Assembly: GCA_023394615.1 (NCBI GenBank) | Contig: JAEXAI010000022.1 | Span: 24,175 to 88,174, forward strand | Direction: 5' to 3' | Source: Actinomycetes bacterium | GTDB lineage: Bacteria; Actinomycetota; Coriobacteriia; Coriobacteriales; Eggerthellaceae | Length of the DNA stretch: 64,000 nt | In this document: positions 28,422 to 37,280 of the stretch, in pieces | How positions within the stretch are numbered: the first letter of the stretch is position 1 | How the letters are laid out: each line of letters begins with the position of its first letter | Made by a program: the position numbers and the translations under genes | The notes under the pieces: generated by a model | The model's input: only the letters and a program-made list of their open reading frames with translations | Told to the model about the DNA's origin: nothing | Database searches by the model: none

Positions 28422-28585
28422 ATTACTTCGCAATACGCCTTTTGCGTTCAAAAACGGCGATTATTCCGAATCTGAACGCCTCTCTGTTTTGGCTGTTTGC
28501 ATGACCCCAGTTCAAGAGCGTATCCATAATCGGCTCTTTTTCTAAGTGGCGGTCGAAAGACGCAAAAGGCGCATTGCGAAGTAAT
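28422..28585. repeat. MITE-like element: 26-bp inverted repeats flanking about 110 bp
   Basis: The left arm attacttcgcaatacgccttttgcgt (28422-28447) matches the reverse complement of the right arm 28560-28585 (attacttcgcaatgcgccttttgcgt) with 1 mismatch. A direct repeat gcgattattccga also occurs at 28403 and 28457. Confidence 0.45.
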
Positions 28586-28626
28586 CGGAGGCGCAAAAAC
28601 TCGAGTCGGGTCCACCAAGGGTCCAA

Positions 28627-28743
28627 AACATTTCAAACGGCCCGGTCCATTGAATATCGTTTAACGGGCGCGCGCAAATCGAGCGAAAGCGCGACAAAGC
28701 TCACGTCCTATTGTTGCCAAAGCACACATCCCATTGTCAGGTT
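28627..28743. repeat. Interspersed intergenic repeat, copy A (core GCGCGCGCAAATCGAGCGAAA flanked by CAAACGNCCCGTCC-like motifs)
   Basis: It aligns by eye over about 90 bp with 33672-33755. Both share gcgcgcgcaaatcgagcgaaa, ...cgtccta.tgt...caggtt and ...caaacg.c.c.gtcc. Confidence 0.6.
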
Positions 28744-28760
28744 CAACTTGTCTTGCCTGT

Positions 28761-29357
28761 TCACTCTTTTTCTAAAAGCCGTTTGATTGCGGTTCCGCTT
28801 GACTTTACGTATTCAACGACGAGGTCGGTTACTTCGTCGATGCTCACGTCTCCATAGTCTCCCGTGAGCCAGGCTCGGTACACGCTAAAGACCCCACCAG
28901 CCAAATAGTCGATGGGCACGAAAAGGGACAAATCCTTGTTGGAGCGTTTAGGCACGGGAATAAGATCGCGTACCCAATAGAGAACCTGATGCTGGATTTC
29001 TCCGAGGTATTTGTCTGCGCCATTGGCTTGTATCAGGGTGGCGTAGAGTTTACGGTTGAGTTCTATCTGTTTGCAGGCGTTTTCCAAAACGGGTCGTGGA
29101 TTTTCGAGAAACCTGCCGTCTGATGCTTGCGTGATAACTTCGTGTATCTTAGTGGTGGTCTCTTCGATAAGCTCTTGCGCAACTGCATCGAGGTCGGCGT
29201 AGTGCGCATAAAATGTTGAACGGTTCAGGTCTGCCCGTTCCGCGACATCTTTTACGGTGACTTTTTCCAACCCGCGTTCTACCAAAAGCTCAGAGAAGGC
29301 CTCTCGAATAAGGCGCTTGGAGCGTAATGAGCTGCGATATATTGCCTTTGATCCCAT
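28761..29357 (-). CDS. TetR/AcrR-family transcriptional regulator
   Basis: The N-terminal HTH is IREAFSELLVERGLEKVTVKDVAERADLNRSTFYAHYADL. It is divergent from the MMPL gene. Confidence 0.85.
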   Translation of the reverse strand: MGSKAIYRSSLRSKRLIREAFSELLVERGLEKVTVKDVAERADLNRSTFYAHYADLDAVAQELIEETTTKIHEVITQASDGRFLENPRPVLENACKQIELNRKLYATLIQANGADKYLGEIQHQVLYWVRDLIPVPKRSNKDLSLFVPIDYLAGGVFSVYRAWLTGDYGDVSIDEVTDLVVEYVKSSGTAIKRLLEKE

Positions 29358-29604
29358 AATCGTCCCTTTCTGAAAACACTTCAGTATTTTTGCGTCGGCA
29401 TGCAGAAAAGCCGACCAAATATCCTACACATTAGCCACTCAACAATTTGGTATCTCCGTGCAAAATCCAACACATAGTATAAATGTATCTATATTCCGAC
29501 AAACTATCTCAATATTAATTGTTGTAATGCATTTTACCTTGTATTTTAATCAACGCAGTAAATATAAACATGTGTTGGAAATTATACAAGAGGTGACTTG
29601 ACAA

Positions 29605-31701
29605 GTGGAACATCTGTTTCGGGCGTGCTTGAAGCACCGTAAGGCGGTAATCGTCGTGTTCATCATCGCGGCGTTTATCGCGGGCGTGTGCATACCCAGC
29701 GTGAAGGTGAACGGTGACTTCTCAAGCTACCTGCCATCCGATACGTCTTCTACGAAAAGCCTCAATAAAATGGAAGAGGTTTACGGCTCCGATTTGACGA
29801 ATGTGCGCGTGTTCGTGGAGGGTATCTCGCTTGCTGATGCGCAATCCTATGTCGATGAACTTTCAAAGATGGATGGCGTTGTGAGCACCTCGTGGCTTGG
29901 CGATTATGTCGATGTGAACAAGCCGCTGGAAATGCAGAGTGATTCAACGGTGTCGGAATGGCACGACGGCACTGGCTATCTTTTCCAAGTTGCAATGACA
30001 GAGCCGTATGAGCAGGCAAGTTTCGATACTATGCGCGCGGATGCGGAAAGCTACGACGGCGTTACCAAGGTTTCAATTGACGGCAATGCGGCGGCCCAAG
30101 CAGCCACTTTAGCCGTGGTGAGCACCGACATGGTCAAGATAATGCTTACGGTTGTGCTCGCCGTGCTTCTTGTTATATTGCTGACGACCACGAGCTTCAT
30201 TCATCCCATCATCATGTTGATTACCATCGGCATCGCCGTGGTCATCAACATGGGGACGAACCTCATTCAAGGTGAGATATCCGAGGTCACACAACTTGTG
30301 GCTGCCGTGCTGCAGCTGGCCGTTTCCATGGACTACGCTATCGTCTTGCTTGCCAACGTAAGCAAGACGCAGCGTGCTGTAGACGACCCCTTCGAGGCGA
30401 TGGTATTGGCGATGACGAAATCGTTTCCCGTGGTGCTTTCGTCTGCGGCGGTCACTTTCTTCGGATTCCTGTCCCTTGTCTTCATGAAATTCCTTATCGG
30501 CCAAGATATGGGCATTGCTCTCGCCAAAGGCATCGTTGCCAGTTTTTTGTGCGTAACCTTTCTTATGCCCTGCCTGCTCTACGTGTGGCGGCGCGGTATT
30601 GCGCGCTTCACGCACAAATCGATAATCCCCTCATTCAACAAGTTTGCCAATGTGTGCCGCAAAGCCGCTGTGCCGGCGGCGATTATCGTATGCCTTATCG
30701 CGGTTCCCGCCTACCTTGCCCAGCAGCGCGGCGAGTTTACCTATGGCGCGTCGAGCACCATCGCAAAAGGCTCGCAGTATGATTTGGAGCATACCTACAT
30801 TGATGATGTGTTCGGAGAAAGCCAGTCATGGGTCATCATGGTTCCAGAAGGTCAATGGGCCAGCGAACAAGCCCTCGTCGACGATTTGCAGAGCTTGCCC
30901 ACTACTCGATCGGTGCTTTCATGGTCCACAGTCGCGTCACCTGAATTGCCGTACCAGATGGCCAGTGAGTCGACATCCTCTCAGCTTATCAACGGTGGCT
31001 ACAGTCGTATCGTTCTAAGCTCGGATGTTGCAGAAGAGGGTGATCAGACATTCGCATTGGTCGAACAAGTCCGCGAATTGTGCCAACAATACTATGGTGA
31101 TTCGACCTACCTGTGCGGAACAAGCGTGTCATGTTATGACATCATGGATGTGGCCTCGTCAGATTCGCTGCGATCAAAGCTCATCTCCGCAATCGCTATC
31201 GGGCTTGTGTTGCTGGTGATGTTCCGCAGCTTGTCCATCCCTTTGATATTGCTGCTCACCATCGAGCTTGCCATCTGGATAAACCTTTCCTTCCCCTATC
31301 TGCTCGGACAGGTAAACAGCTATACAGGCTATCTGGTAATCGATGCGGTGCAGTTGGGCGCTGCGGTGGACTATTCGATTATCTACACGCACGAATACCT
31401 CAGGGAGAGAAGATCCCTGCCCGCCGAACGTGCCGCGCACGAATCAATCAAGAATGCGGGCGTGCCGATTGTGATGTCTTCGACAATTTTGATTCTTGCC
31501 ACGCTCGGAATCTATCTTGTGGCCAGCGTGCCCGTCATCACGCAGCTGGGAATGCTTATTTTCCGCGGCACGATTATCTCGGTCATCATGATCTTCTTGT
31601 TCATGCCATCTTTGTTTGTGGCGGGCGACTGGATTGTCAAGCATACAACACTCAACCTTCATTTCCTCGAACCTAAAAAGGAGAATGACAATGCAAAATG
31701 A
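29605..31701 (+). CDS. MMPL/RND-superfamily membrane transporter
   Basis: 698 aa with a GTG start. It has two blocks of about 5-6 TMs, each preceded by a soluble loop, which is the MMPL-type topology. It is paired with a TetR regulator. Confidence 0.8.
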   Translation: MEHLFRACLKHRKAVIVVFIIAAFIAGVCIPSVKVNGDFSSYLPSDTSSTKSLNKMEEVYGSDLTNVRVFVEGISLADAQSYVDELSKMDGVVSTSWLGDYVDVNKPLEMQSDSTVSEWHDGTGYLFQVAMTEPYEQASFDTMRADAESYDGVTKVSIDGNAAAQAATLAVVSTDMVKIMLTVVLAVLLVILLTTTSFIHPIIMLITIGIAVVINMGTNLIQGEISEVTQLVAAVLQLAVSMDYAIVLLANVSKTQRAVDDPFEAMVLAMTKSFPVVLSSAAVTFFGFLSLVFMKFLIGQDMGIALAKGIVASFLCVTFLMPCLLYVWRRGIARFTHKSIIPSFNKFANVCRKAAVPAAIIVCLIAVPAYLAQQRGEFTYGASSTIAKGSQYDLEHTYIDDVFGESQSWVIMVPEGQWASEQALVDDLQSLPTTRSVLSWSTVASPELPYQMASESTSSQLINGGYSRIVLSSDVAEEGDQTFALVEQVRELCQQYYGDSTYLCGTSVSCYDIMDVASSDSLRSKLISAIAIGLVLLVMFRSLSIPLILLLTIELAIWINLSFPYLLGQVNSYTGYLVIDAVQLGAAVDYSIIYTHEYLRERRSLPAERAAHESIKNAGVPIVMSSTILILATLGIYLVASVPVITQLGMLIFRGTIISVIMIFLFMPSLFVAGDWIVKHTTLNLHFLEPKKENDNAK

Positions 31702-33607
31702 AAGCACCGATATGGAAAAACAGGGATGCGAAACCAGCCCAAGAGGCCGTCGCGTCAAACTAGCGACCCTCGCCCTTTCGTTGGCGGTGGTGATGGGAGC
31801 GGCATCTTTTGCGTACGCGAACGGCACCGACGGCGGCAGTAGTGCGCAAGACTCCGCAAAACAGACGGATTCGGTTTCGCAAGAAGCTCAGAATGTGAAG
31901 AAAGACGAGGTCATCTATACGAAACTCGATGCTTCGGGCAACAAGACGGGAGTGTATGCAGTCAACGAATTCCAGACGGACGAAGCGACGCGCATCGTTG
32001 ACGCAGGCAATTACAGCAATGTGCAGAATCTCTCGACCAGCGAGACGATTAAGCAGAACGGCAAATCCATTGAAATGACCACGCTCGCAGGGAAACCCAC
32101 ATACTACGAGGGGTATATGGATGCGAGCACGCAGCTTCCCTGGAATATCAAGATCACGTACTACTTGAATGGTGAAAAAGTCGATCCAAACAATTTGTAC
32201 AATGCGAACGGCGATTTGGAAATAGTGCTCGATATCGATCCGGCAAGCGATGTTTCCGGGGTGAGCGATTTCGCGAACAGTTTCGTTATGCAGGCGCAGG
32301 GAACGTTTTCAAACAGCAGCTTTAAAATAGAAGAGGCAACGGATGCGACCATCGTCAAAGAAGGCTCATCCACAACGCTTACGTACCTGATTCTTCCAGG
32401 GGGCAGCGGCAGCTATCACATAAAGGGCAAGGCAAGCGATTTCGAGTATTCTGGCTGGCAGATTGCCGGCATGTCGCTGTCTATGTCAATCGATCTTTCA
32501 AAGGCCGACACATCAGAGCTTTCGAATGCCGCAGGCGAGCTTGAGAGCGCCACAACCAGTTTAGCTGATGGATCGGCCAGCCTCGCAGATGGCATTTCAA
32601 GCATCACATCTGGTGCAGCCAGCGGTGCTTCCGGAGCCGCACAGCTTGATTCGGGCGCGCAGAGTTTGCAGTCCGGCACAGCTGCGTTCGCTTCGGGAAT
32701 TTCCAAGATCAAAAGCGGATCGGATACCCTCGATTCTGGTGTGACGGAACTGTCGGGTGGTCTCTCGACGCTCGATTCGAAAAGCGCGGCTCTTACCGGC
32801 GGTTGGAACTCAATCTACGGTGGCATCGGCACGCTTTCGCAAAGCATTGCGAGCGCACAGGCAGATACTTCAACGTCGTCTGAGTCCTACCAGCAGGCTT
32901 TGACGGCATATTCGCAAGCGAAACAGGCAGTGAGCGACGAGCTTGCGAAACCATCACCTGATGCCACGGCGCTTCAAACCGATATAGAGAACTTGAGCAA
33001 TGCATCGGCTACGCTCGGTTCGCTTCAGGGCGCAAACGGTACGCTTTCGTCTATAGCTCCCGGCGTTGATTCGCTTGATTCAGGTGCCGCCGAATTCGAT
33101 GGCGGTCTTACTTCCTACACGTCAGGTGTAAGCGCCCTGTCCAGTGGCTCGACCAAACTTGTTTCAGGGGCCGACTCGCTGAGCCAAGGGCTGGCAGCTG
33201 CCGATGAATCTGCGGGCACGTTGGCCTCGGGTGCGAAAAGCCTGGCGTCGGGCACGTCTTCGCTCTCAAGTGGCTTAACCGAGCTGGCAAGCGGCTCACA
33301 GACGGCTTGGGAGGGCGCTGATGCTTTGAGCAGCGGCTCTTCAGAGTTGGCGAAGTCGGTCAGCGGATTGGACAAGCAGATTCTCGACAGCGTTCAGGCG
33401 ACAATCGACGAGAAACTGGGTAAAGGATTTCAGGTGCATTCTTTTGTCGATTCCAGCAACACGAACGTCAAGTCGGTGGAATTCGTCTACGTGAGTGGCG
33501 GCGTGGAAAAGCCGAGCAACGACGAGAAAGCCGCTGAGGAACAGGACAGCGGCGATGACGGAACCATAATCGATCGCATCGTCGCGCTCTTCACGGGCAC
33601 GAAGTAA
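31691..33607 (+). CDS. Exported protein with X-X-X-Leu-X-X-Gly heptad repeats (YhgE/Pip-like central region)
   Basis: It has the signal-like segment LATLALSLAVVMGAASFAYA. Long runs such as LADGSASLADGISSITSGAASGASGAAQLDSGAQSLQSGTAAFASGISKIKSG are present. The start (31685 or 31691) overlaps the MMPL stop. Confidence 0.7.
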   Translation: MQNESTDMEKQGCETSPRGRRVKLATLALSLAVVMGAASFAYANGTDGGSSAQDSAKQTDSVSQEAQNVKKDEVIYTKLDASGNKTGVYAVNEFQTDEATRIVDAGNYSNVQNLSTSETIKQNGKSIEMTTLAGKPTYYEGYMDASTQLPWNIKITYYLNGEKVDPNNLYNANGDLEIVLDIDPASDVSGVSDFANSFVMQAQGTFSNSSFKIEEATDATIVKEGSSTTLTYLILPGGSGSYHIKGKASDFEYSGWQIAGMSLSMSIDLSKADTSELSNAAGELESATTSLADGSASLADGISSITSGAASGASGAAQLDSGAQSLQSGTAAFASGISKIKSGSDTLDSGVTELSGGLSTLDSKSAALTGGWNSIYGGIGTLSQSIASAQADTSTSSESYQQALTAYSQAKQAVSDELAKPSPDATALQTDIENLSNASATLGSLQGANGTLSSIAPGVDSLDSGAAEFDGGLTSYTSGVSALSSGSTKLVSGADSLSQGLAAADESAGTLASGAKSLASGTSSLSSGLTELASGSQTAWEGADALSSGSSELAKSVSGLDKQILDSVQATIDEKLGKGFQVHSFVDSSNTNVKSVEFVYVSGGVEKPSNDEKAAEEQDSGDDGTIIDRIVALFTGTK

Positions 33608-33671
33608 CGAGCCTAGAAAGTGCGTTGGGAATACTTTCTTTCGGCGCATTATCGGTGATTTATTTCGAAGG

Positions 33672-33755
33672 AACATGCCAAACGACACAGTCCTTTCATG
33701 GTGCGCGCGCAAATCGAGCGAAAACGTGTCAAACGACCCGTCCTACTGTCAGGTT
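33672..33755. repeat. Interspersed intergenic repeat, copy B
   Basis: aacatgccaaacgacacagtcc...gtgcgcgcgcaaatcgagcgaaaacgtgtcaaacgacccgtcctactgtcaggtt is homologous to 28627-28743. Its 3' part matches the reverse complement of the 31-bp unit at 50281-50342. Confidence 0.6.
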
Positions 33756-33927
33756 TTTCGCACTCACGAAGAAATCGTGTTGATGCTTGCGCCTTTTTTC
33801 CCTCGTGGTACAATACCGAAGTTTCTATATCACACATGCGTGCCGGACTTGCGTCCGCCAGTGGCCACCGAAAAAGGCTGCGGACCGGGGATGAACGTGC
33901 GCAGAGGACTAACGAATGGAGAAAAGC

Positions 33928-34725
33928 ATGACCAAGGTCAGCATCCAGACCCTGCTTGACGCAGGCGCCCATTTCGGGCATCAGACACGCCGTTGGAACC
34001 CCAAGATGAAGCCGTATATCTTCGGCAGCCGCGGTGACATCTACATCATCGACTTGAAGAAAACCCTGTTGGGATTGGACCAGGCGTACACATTCGTGTC
34101 GAGCCTAGCTGCAAACGGCGGCACCATCTTGTTTGTGGGCACCAAAAAGCAGGCCCAGGAAAGCATCGCCGAAGCTGCCAATAGCTGCGGAATGCCCTAT
34201 GTGAACGCTCGTTGGCTGGGCGGCATGCTCACCAACTTCGTGACTATCCGCTCTCGCGTGACCCGCATGGAAGAGCTGGAAGCTATGGACACCGACGGCC
34301 GCATGGCTCAGCTGCCCAAAAAAGAGCAGATTCTGCTGCATAAGGAACTCACCAAACTGCAGACCAACCTGAACGGCATTCGCAATATGAAGAAGGCCCC
34401 CGACGCTATCTTCGTCATTGACACCACCCGCGAGGTTATTTCCATCCGTGAGGCGCAGCGCCTGCACATTCCCGTTGTGGGAACACTGGACACCAACTGC
34501 GACCCCGATGACGTGGATTACGGCATTCCCGCAAACGACGACGCCATTCGCTCGGTGAAAATGCTCACCGACTTCATCGCATCCGCCGTTATCGCCGGAA
34601 CGGGTGCACCTATCACGGCTTCCGAGATGGCCGCTGACGCCGCTTCTGCCCCAGCTGCTCCTGTGGCTGCCGCTCCTGAGGCTGTAGCAGCTCCTGCCGA
34701 GGCCGCAGCCCCTGCTGCCGAATAG
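33928..34725 (+). CDS. rpsB: 30S ribosomal protein S2 (with Ala/Pro-rich C-terminal tail)
   Basis: [19 protein letters not shown] is the S2 signature. The ATG at 33928 follows a GGAG Shine-Dalgarno sequence. Confidence 0.95.
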   Translation: MTKVSIQTLLDAGAHFGHQTRRWNPKMKPYIFGSRGDIYIIDLKKTLLGLDQAYTFVSSLAANGGTILFVGTKKQAQESIAEAANSCGMPYVNARWLGGMLTNFVTIRSRVTRMEELEAMDTDGRMAQLPKKEQILLHKELTKLQTNLNGIRNMKKAPDAIFVIDTTREVISIREAQRLHIPVVGTLDTNCDPDDVDYGIPANDDAIRSVKMLTDFIASAVIAGTGAPITASEMAADAASAPAAPVAAAPEAVAAPAEAAAPAAE

Positions 34726-34797
34726 CACAAAACCTTCGATGCCGCCCGTATGCGCGAGCGGCATCGTTTCACCCCGCTGACAACGAAAGGAACAACC

Positions 34798-35661
34798 ATG
34801 GCTCAAGTTACCGCTGCAATGGTTAAAGAACTCCGCGAAATGACCGGCGCCGGCATGATGGAATGCAAGAAGGCCCTGGTCGAGGCCGAAGGCGTCCTCG
34901 ACGCTGCGGTCGATGTGCTGCGTACCGCCGGTTTGGCGAAAGCTGCCAAGAAAGCTGGTCGTGCTACCAACGAAGGCACCATCATGGCGCTCGTTTCCGA
35001 CGACTGCACCAAAGGCGCCCTAGTCGAGCTCGATTGCGAGACCGACTTCGTGGCCATGAACGAGAAATTTACCGCCTATGCCACCAAGTTCGCCCAGGTG
35101 GTTATCGACGAGAATCCTGCCGACATCGATGCCCTGAACGCTTGCGCGCTTGACGGCAGCACCGTGGGCGAGACCCTTACCGAGGCTATCCACATTATCG
35201 GCGAGAACATCCAGCTGCCGCGTTTCGGCCGCATGGAAGGTGATGCCGTTTCCAGCTACATCCACGGTGCCGGTAAAATCGGCGTGTTGGTGCAGTTCAA
35301 GGTAGGCAAGTCCGAGACCGCCACGAACGCCGACTTCCAGCGCTATGGCCGCGATGTGGCCATGCAGGTTGCCGCCGCCGCTCCTGTTGCTGCTCGTCGC
35401 GATTCTGTCGACCCGGCTACTATCGAGCACGAGATGGGTATCTACAAGGCCCAGGCTGCCGAATCAGGCAAGCCCGAAGCCATTCAGGAAAAGATTGCTC
35501 TGGGTCGCATGGATAAGTTCTACAAGGAAAACTGCCTGACCGAGCAGGAGTACGTGAAGAACCCCGACCAGACCGTCGCGCAGTACACCGACGAAGTGGC
35601 CAAGAAGCTGGGCGACACCATCGAAATCGTCGACTTCATGCGTCTCGCATTGGGTGAATAA
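34798..35661 (+). CDS. tsf: Translation elongation factor Ts
   Basis: MAQVTAAMVKELREMTGAGMMECKKAL is the EF-Ts N-terminal UBA-like motif. Confidence 0.95.
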   Translation: MAQVTAAMVKELREMTGAGMMECKKALVEAEGVLDAAVDVLRTAGLAKAAKKAGRATNEGTIMALVSDDCTKGALVELDCETDFVAMNEKFTAYATKFAQVVIDENPADIDALNACALDGSTVGETLTEAIHIIGENIQLPRFGRMEGDAVSSYIHGAGKIGVLVQFKVGKSETATNADFQRYGRDVAMQVAAAAPVAARRDSVDPATIEHEMGIYKAQAAESGKPEAIQEKIALGRMDKFYKENCLTEQEYVKNPDQTVAQYTDEVAKKLGDTIEIVDFMRLALGE

Positions 35662-35726
35662 CCCTGTAGGATTGCAACAGCGCAACCTTGCGCGCTGCGA
35701 TTGGGTCAAACGTTCATAGAATAATT

Positions 35727-35751
35727 GGGGAGCCTTCGGGCGCCCCTTTTT
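35727..35751 (+). terminator. Rho-independent terminator
   Basis: ggggagcc-ttcg-ggcgcccc forms an 8-bp stem with one mismatch and a UUCG loop, followed by ttttt. Confidence 0.75.
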
Positions 35752-35966
35752 ATTCTGTGCCCTTCTGGATTCTGTGTGAGACTGTGCGGTGGTGGGCTGT
35801 TCTGCTTATAATCTGATGTGGAAAATTAATCCGTGCGGCATACTGGCTGTGCGTGTGTTGGGAATTTGGCGAGAGAGGGCCACGGGCGGCGATTGAATCG
35901 TGAATCCGTCGGCTGAAAGCCTGCAACGCTCCTGTGGGCGAATGCGAATCGAAAGAAGCGTGACTC

Positions 35967-37262
35967 ATGTCGGAAGAAGTAATCATCGCTCGCGAAAGCG
36001 AGAATATTGCCGGTACCGTGAAGGCGTCAGGTGCGAAAAACTCCGCATTAAAACTGATGGCAGCTGCTATTTTGGGGCAGGGAAAATCAACCATCGCAAA
36101 TGCACCCCGCATATCCGACATCAACATCATGGCTGAGGTTCTGCGTCGACTCGGCGCACAGGTCAGTCGCGAAGAGCACGTGATCACTATTGACACGGCA
36201 AACGTTGACAAATACGAAACGCCCTATGAGCTGGTGTCGAAAATGCGTGCCAGTATATCTGTGCTCGGTCCGCTTGTTGGTCGTTTTGGTCGTGCGCATG
36301 TTGCCATGCCTGGCGGTTGTCAGATTGGCGCTCGAAAGATCGACATGCACTTGGTAGGCCTTGAGCAGCTCGGTGTGCAGTTCGATGTGGAGCATGGTTA
36401 CCTCATCGCCACGACGCCGAAAGGTCTGCACGGCGGAAACGTCATGCTCGATTTCCCCAGCGTGGGCGCAACCGAGAACACCATGATGGCTGCTGCAGTG
36501 GCCGATGGCGAAACATTTATCGACAATGCTGCGCGCGAACCGGAAATCGAAGATTTGGCGAACATGCTCAACGCCATGGGCGCCCATGTATCCGGTGCGG
36601 GCACCTCGTCTATCACCATAGAAGGCGTGCCGCTTGATGCTATGCACCCCTGCAACCACACTACTGTAGGCGATCGCATCGAGGCTGGCACGTTTCTGGT
36701 AGGGGGCGCGCTTTTGGGAGGACCAGTTACCGTGACGGGCATCGATCCGTCGTATCTGCGTATGGCGTTGGTAAAGCTGCGTGCGATGGGGTGCACCGTG
36801 GAAAGCGGCGCCGACTACATTACCGTCAGTCGTCAGGCGCCTTTGCAACCAGTTGATATTCAGACGTTGCCCCATCCTGGATTCCCGACCGACTTGCAAG
36901 CGCAATTCATGCTTTTGGCGTCTTTGGCCAAAGGTAATTCCATGATTACGGAAAACGTTTTCGAGAACCGCTTCATGTTTGCCGCTGAATTGGTGCGTAT
37001 GGGGGCGGATATCGCTATAGACGACCATCATGCGCTTGTGCACGGGGTCGATGCATTGCAGGGCGCACCGGTGGAATCCACCGATCTGCGTGCTGGCGCC
37101 GCACTGGTTTTGGCCGGGTTGGTAGCCGAAGGCGAAACCTGCGTGCGTCGTATCGCGCATATCGATCGCGGATACGAAGACTACGTAGGCAAACTGCAAT
37201 CGCTGGGGGCCAATGTTGAGCGTAGCGTTATCGACAGCTCTTCTGCTGTAGAGCCTCTGTAG
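35967..37262 (+). CDS. murA: UDP-N-acetylglucosamine 1-carboxyvinyltransferase
   Basis: It carries GAKNSALKLMAAA and the active-site Cys context PGGCQIGARKID. 431 aa. Confidence 0.95.
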   Translation: MSEEVIIARESENIAGTVKASGAKNSALKLMAAAILGQGKSTIANAPRISDINIMAEVLRRLGAQVSREEHVITIDTANVDKYETPYELVSKMRASISVLGPLVGRFGRAHVAMPGGCQIGARKIDMHLVGLEQLGVQFDVEHGYLIATTPKGLHGGNVMLDFPSVGATENTMMAAAVADGETFIDNAAREPEIEDLANMLNAMGAHVSGAGTSSITIEGVPLDAMHPCNHTTVGDRIEAGTFLVGGALLGGPVTVTGIDPSYLRMALVKLRAMGCTVESGADYITVSRQAPLQPVDIQTLPHPGFPTDLQAQFMLLASLAKGNSMITENVFENRFMFAAELVRMGADIAIDDHHALVHGVDALQGAPVESTDLRAGAALVLAGLVAEGETCVRRIAHIDRGYEDYVGKLQSLGANVERSVIDSSSAVEPL

Positions 37263-37280
37263 TTAATCTGGGGCAGGGCG

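Noticed and set aside
28423-28626. Small ORFs inside the repeat elements (28423-28626, 28448-28636, 50413-50715, 50436-50933).
   Set aside because: They span inverted or interspersed repeats, lack Shine-Dalgarno sequences and overlap one another. They are more parsimoniously non-coding.
35662-35966. Possible ncRNA or riboswitch in the 305-bp tsf-murA gap, and likewise in the rpsB leader at 33756-33927.
   Set aside because: Only a terminator, a TATAAT-like -10 element and an unremarkable leader are visible. I could identify no conserved RNA motif by eye.
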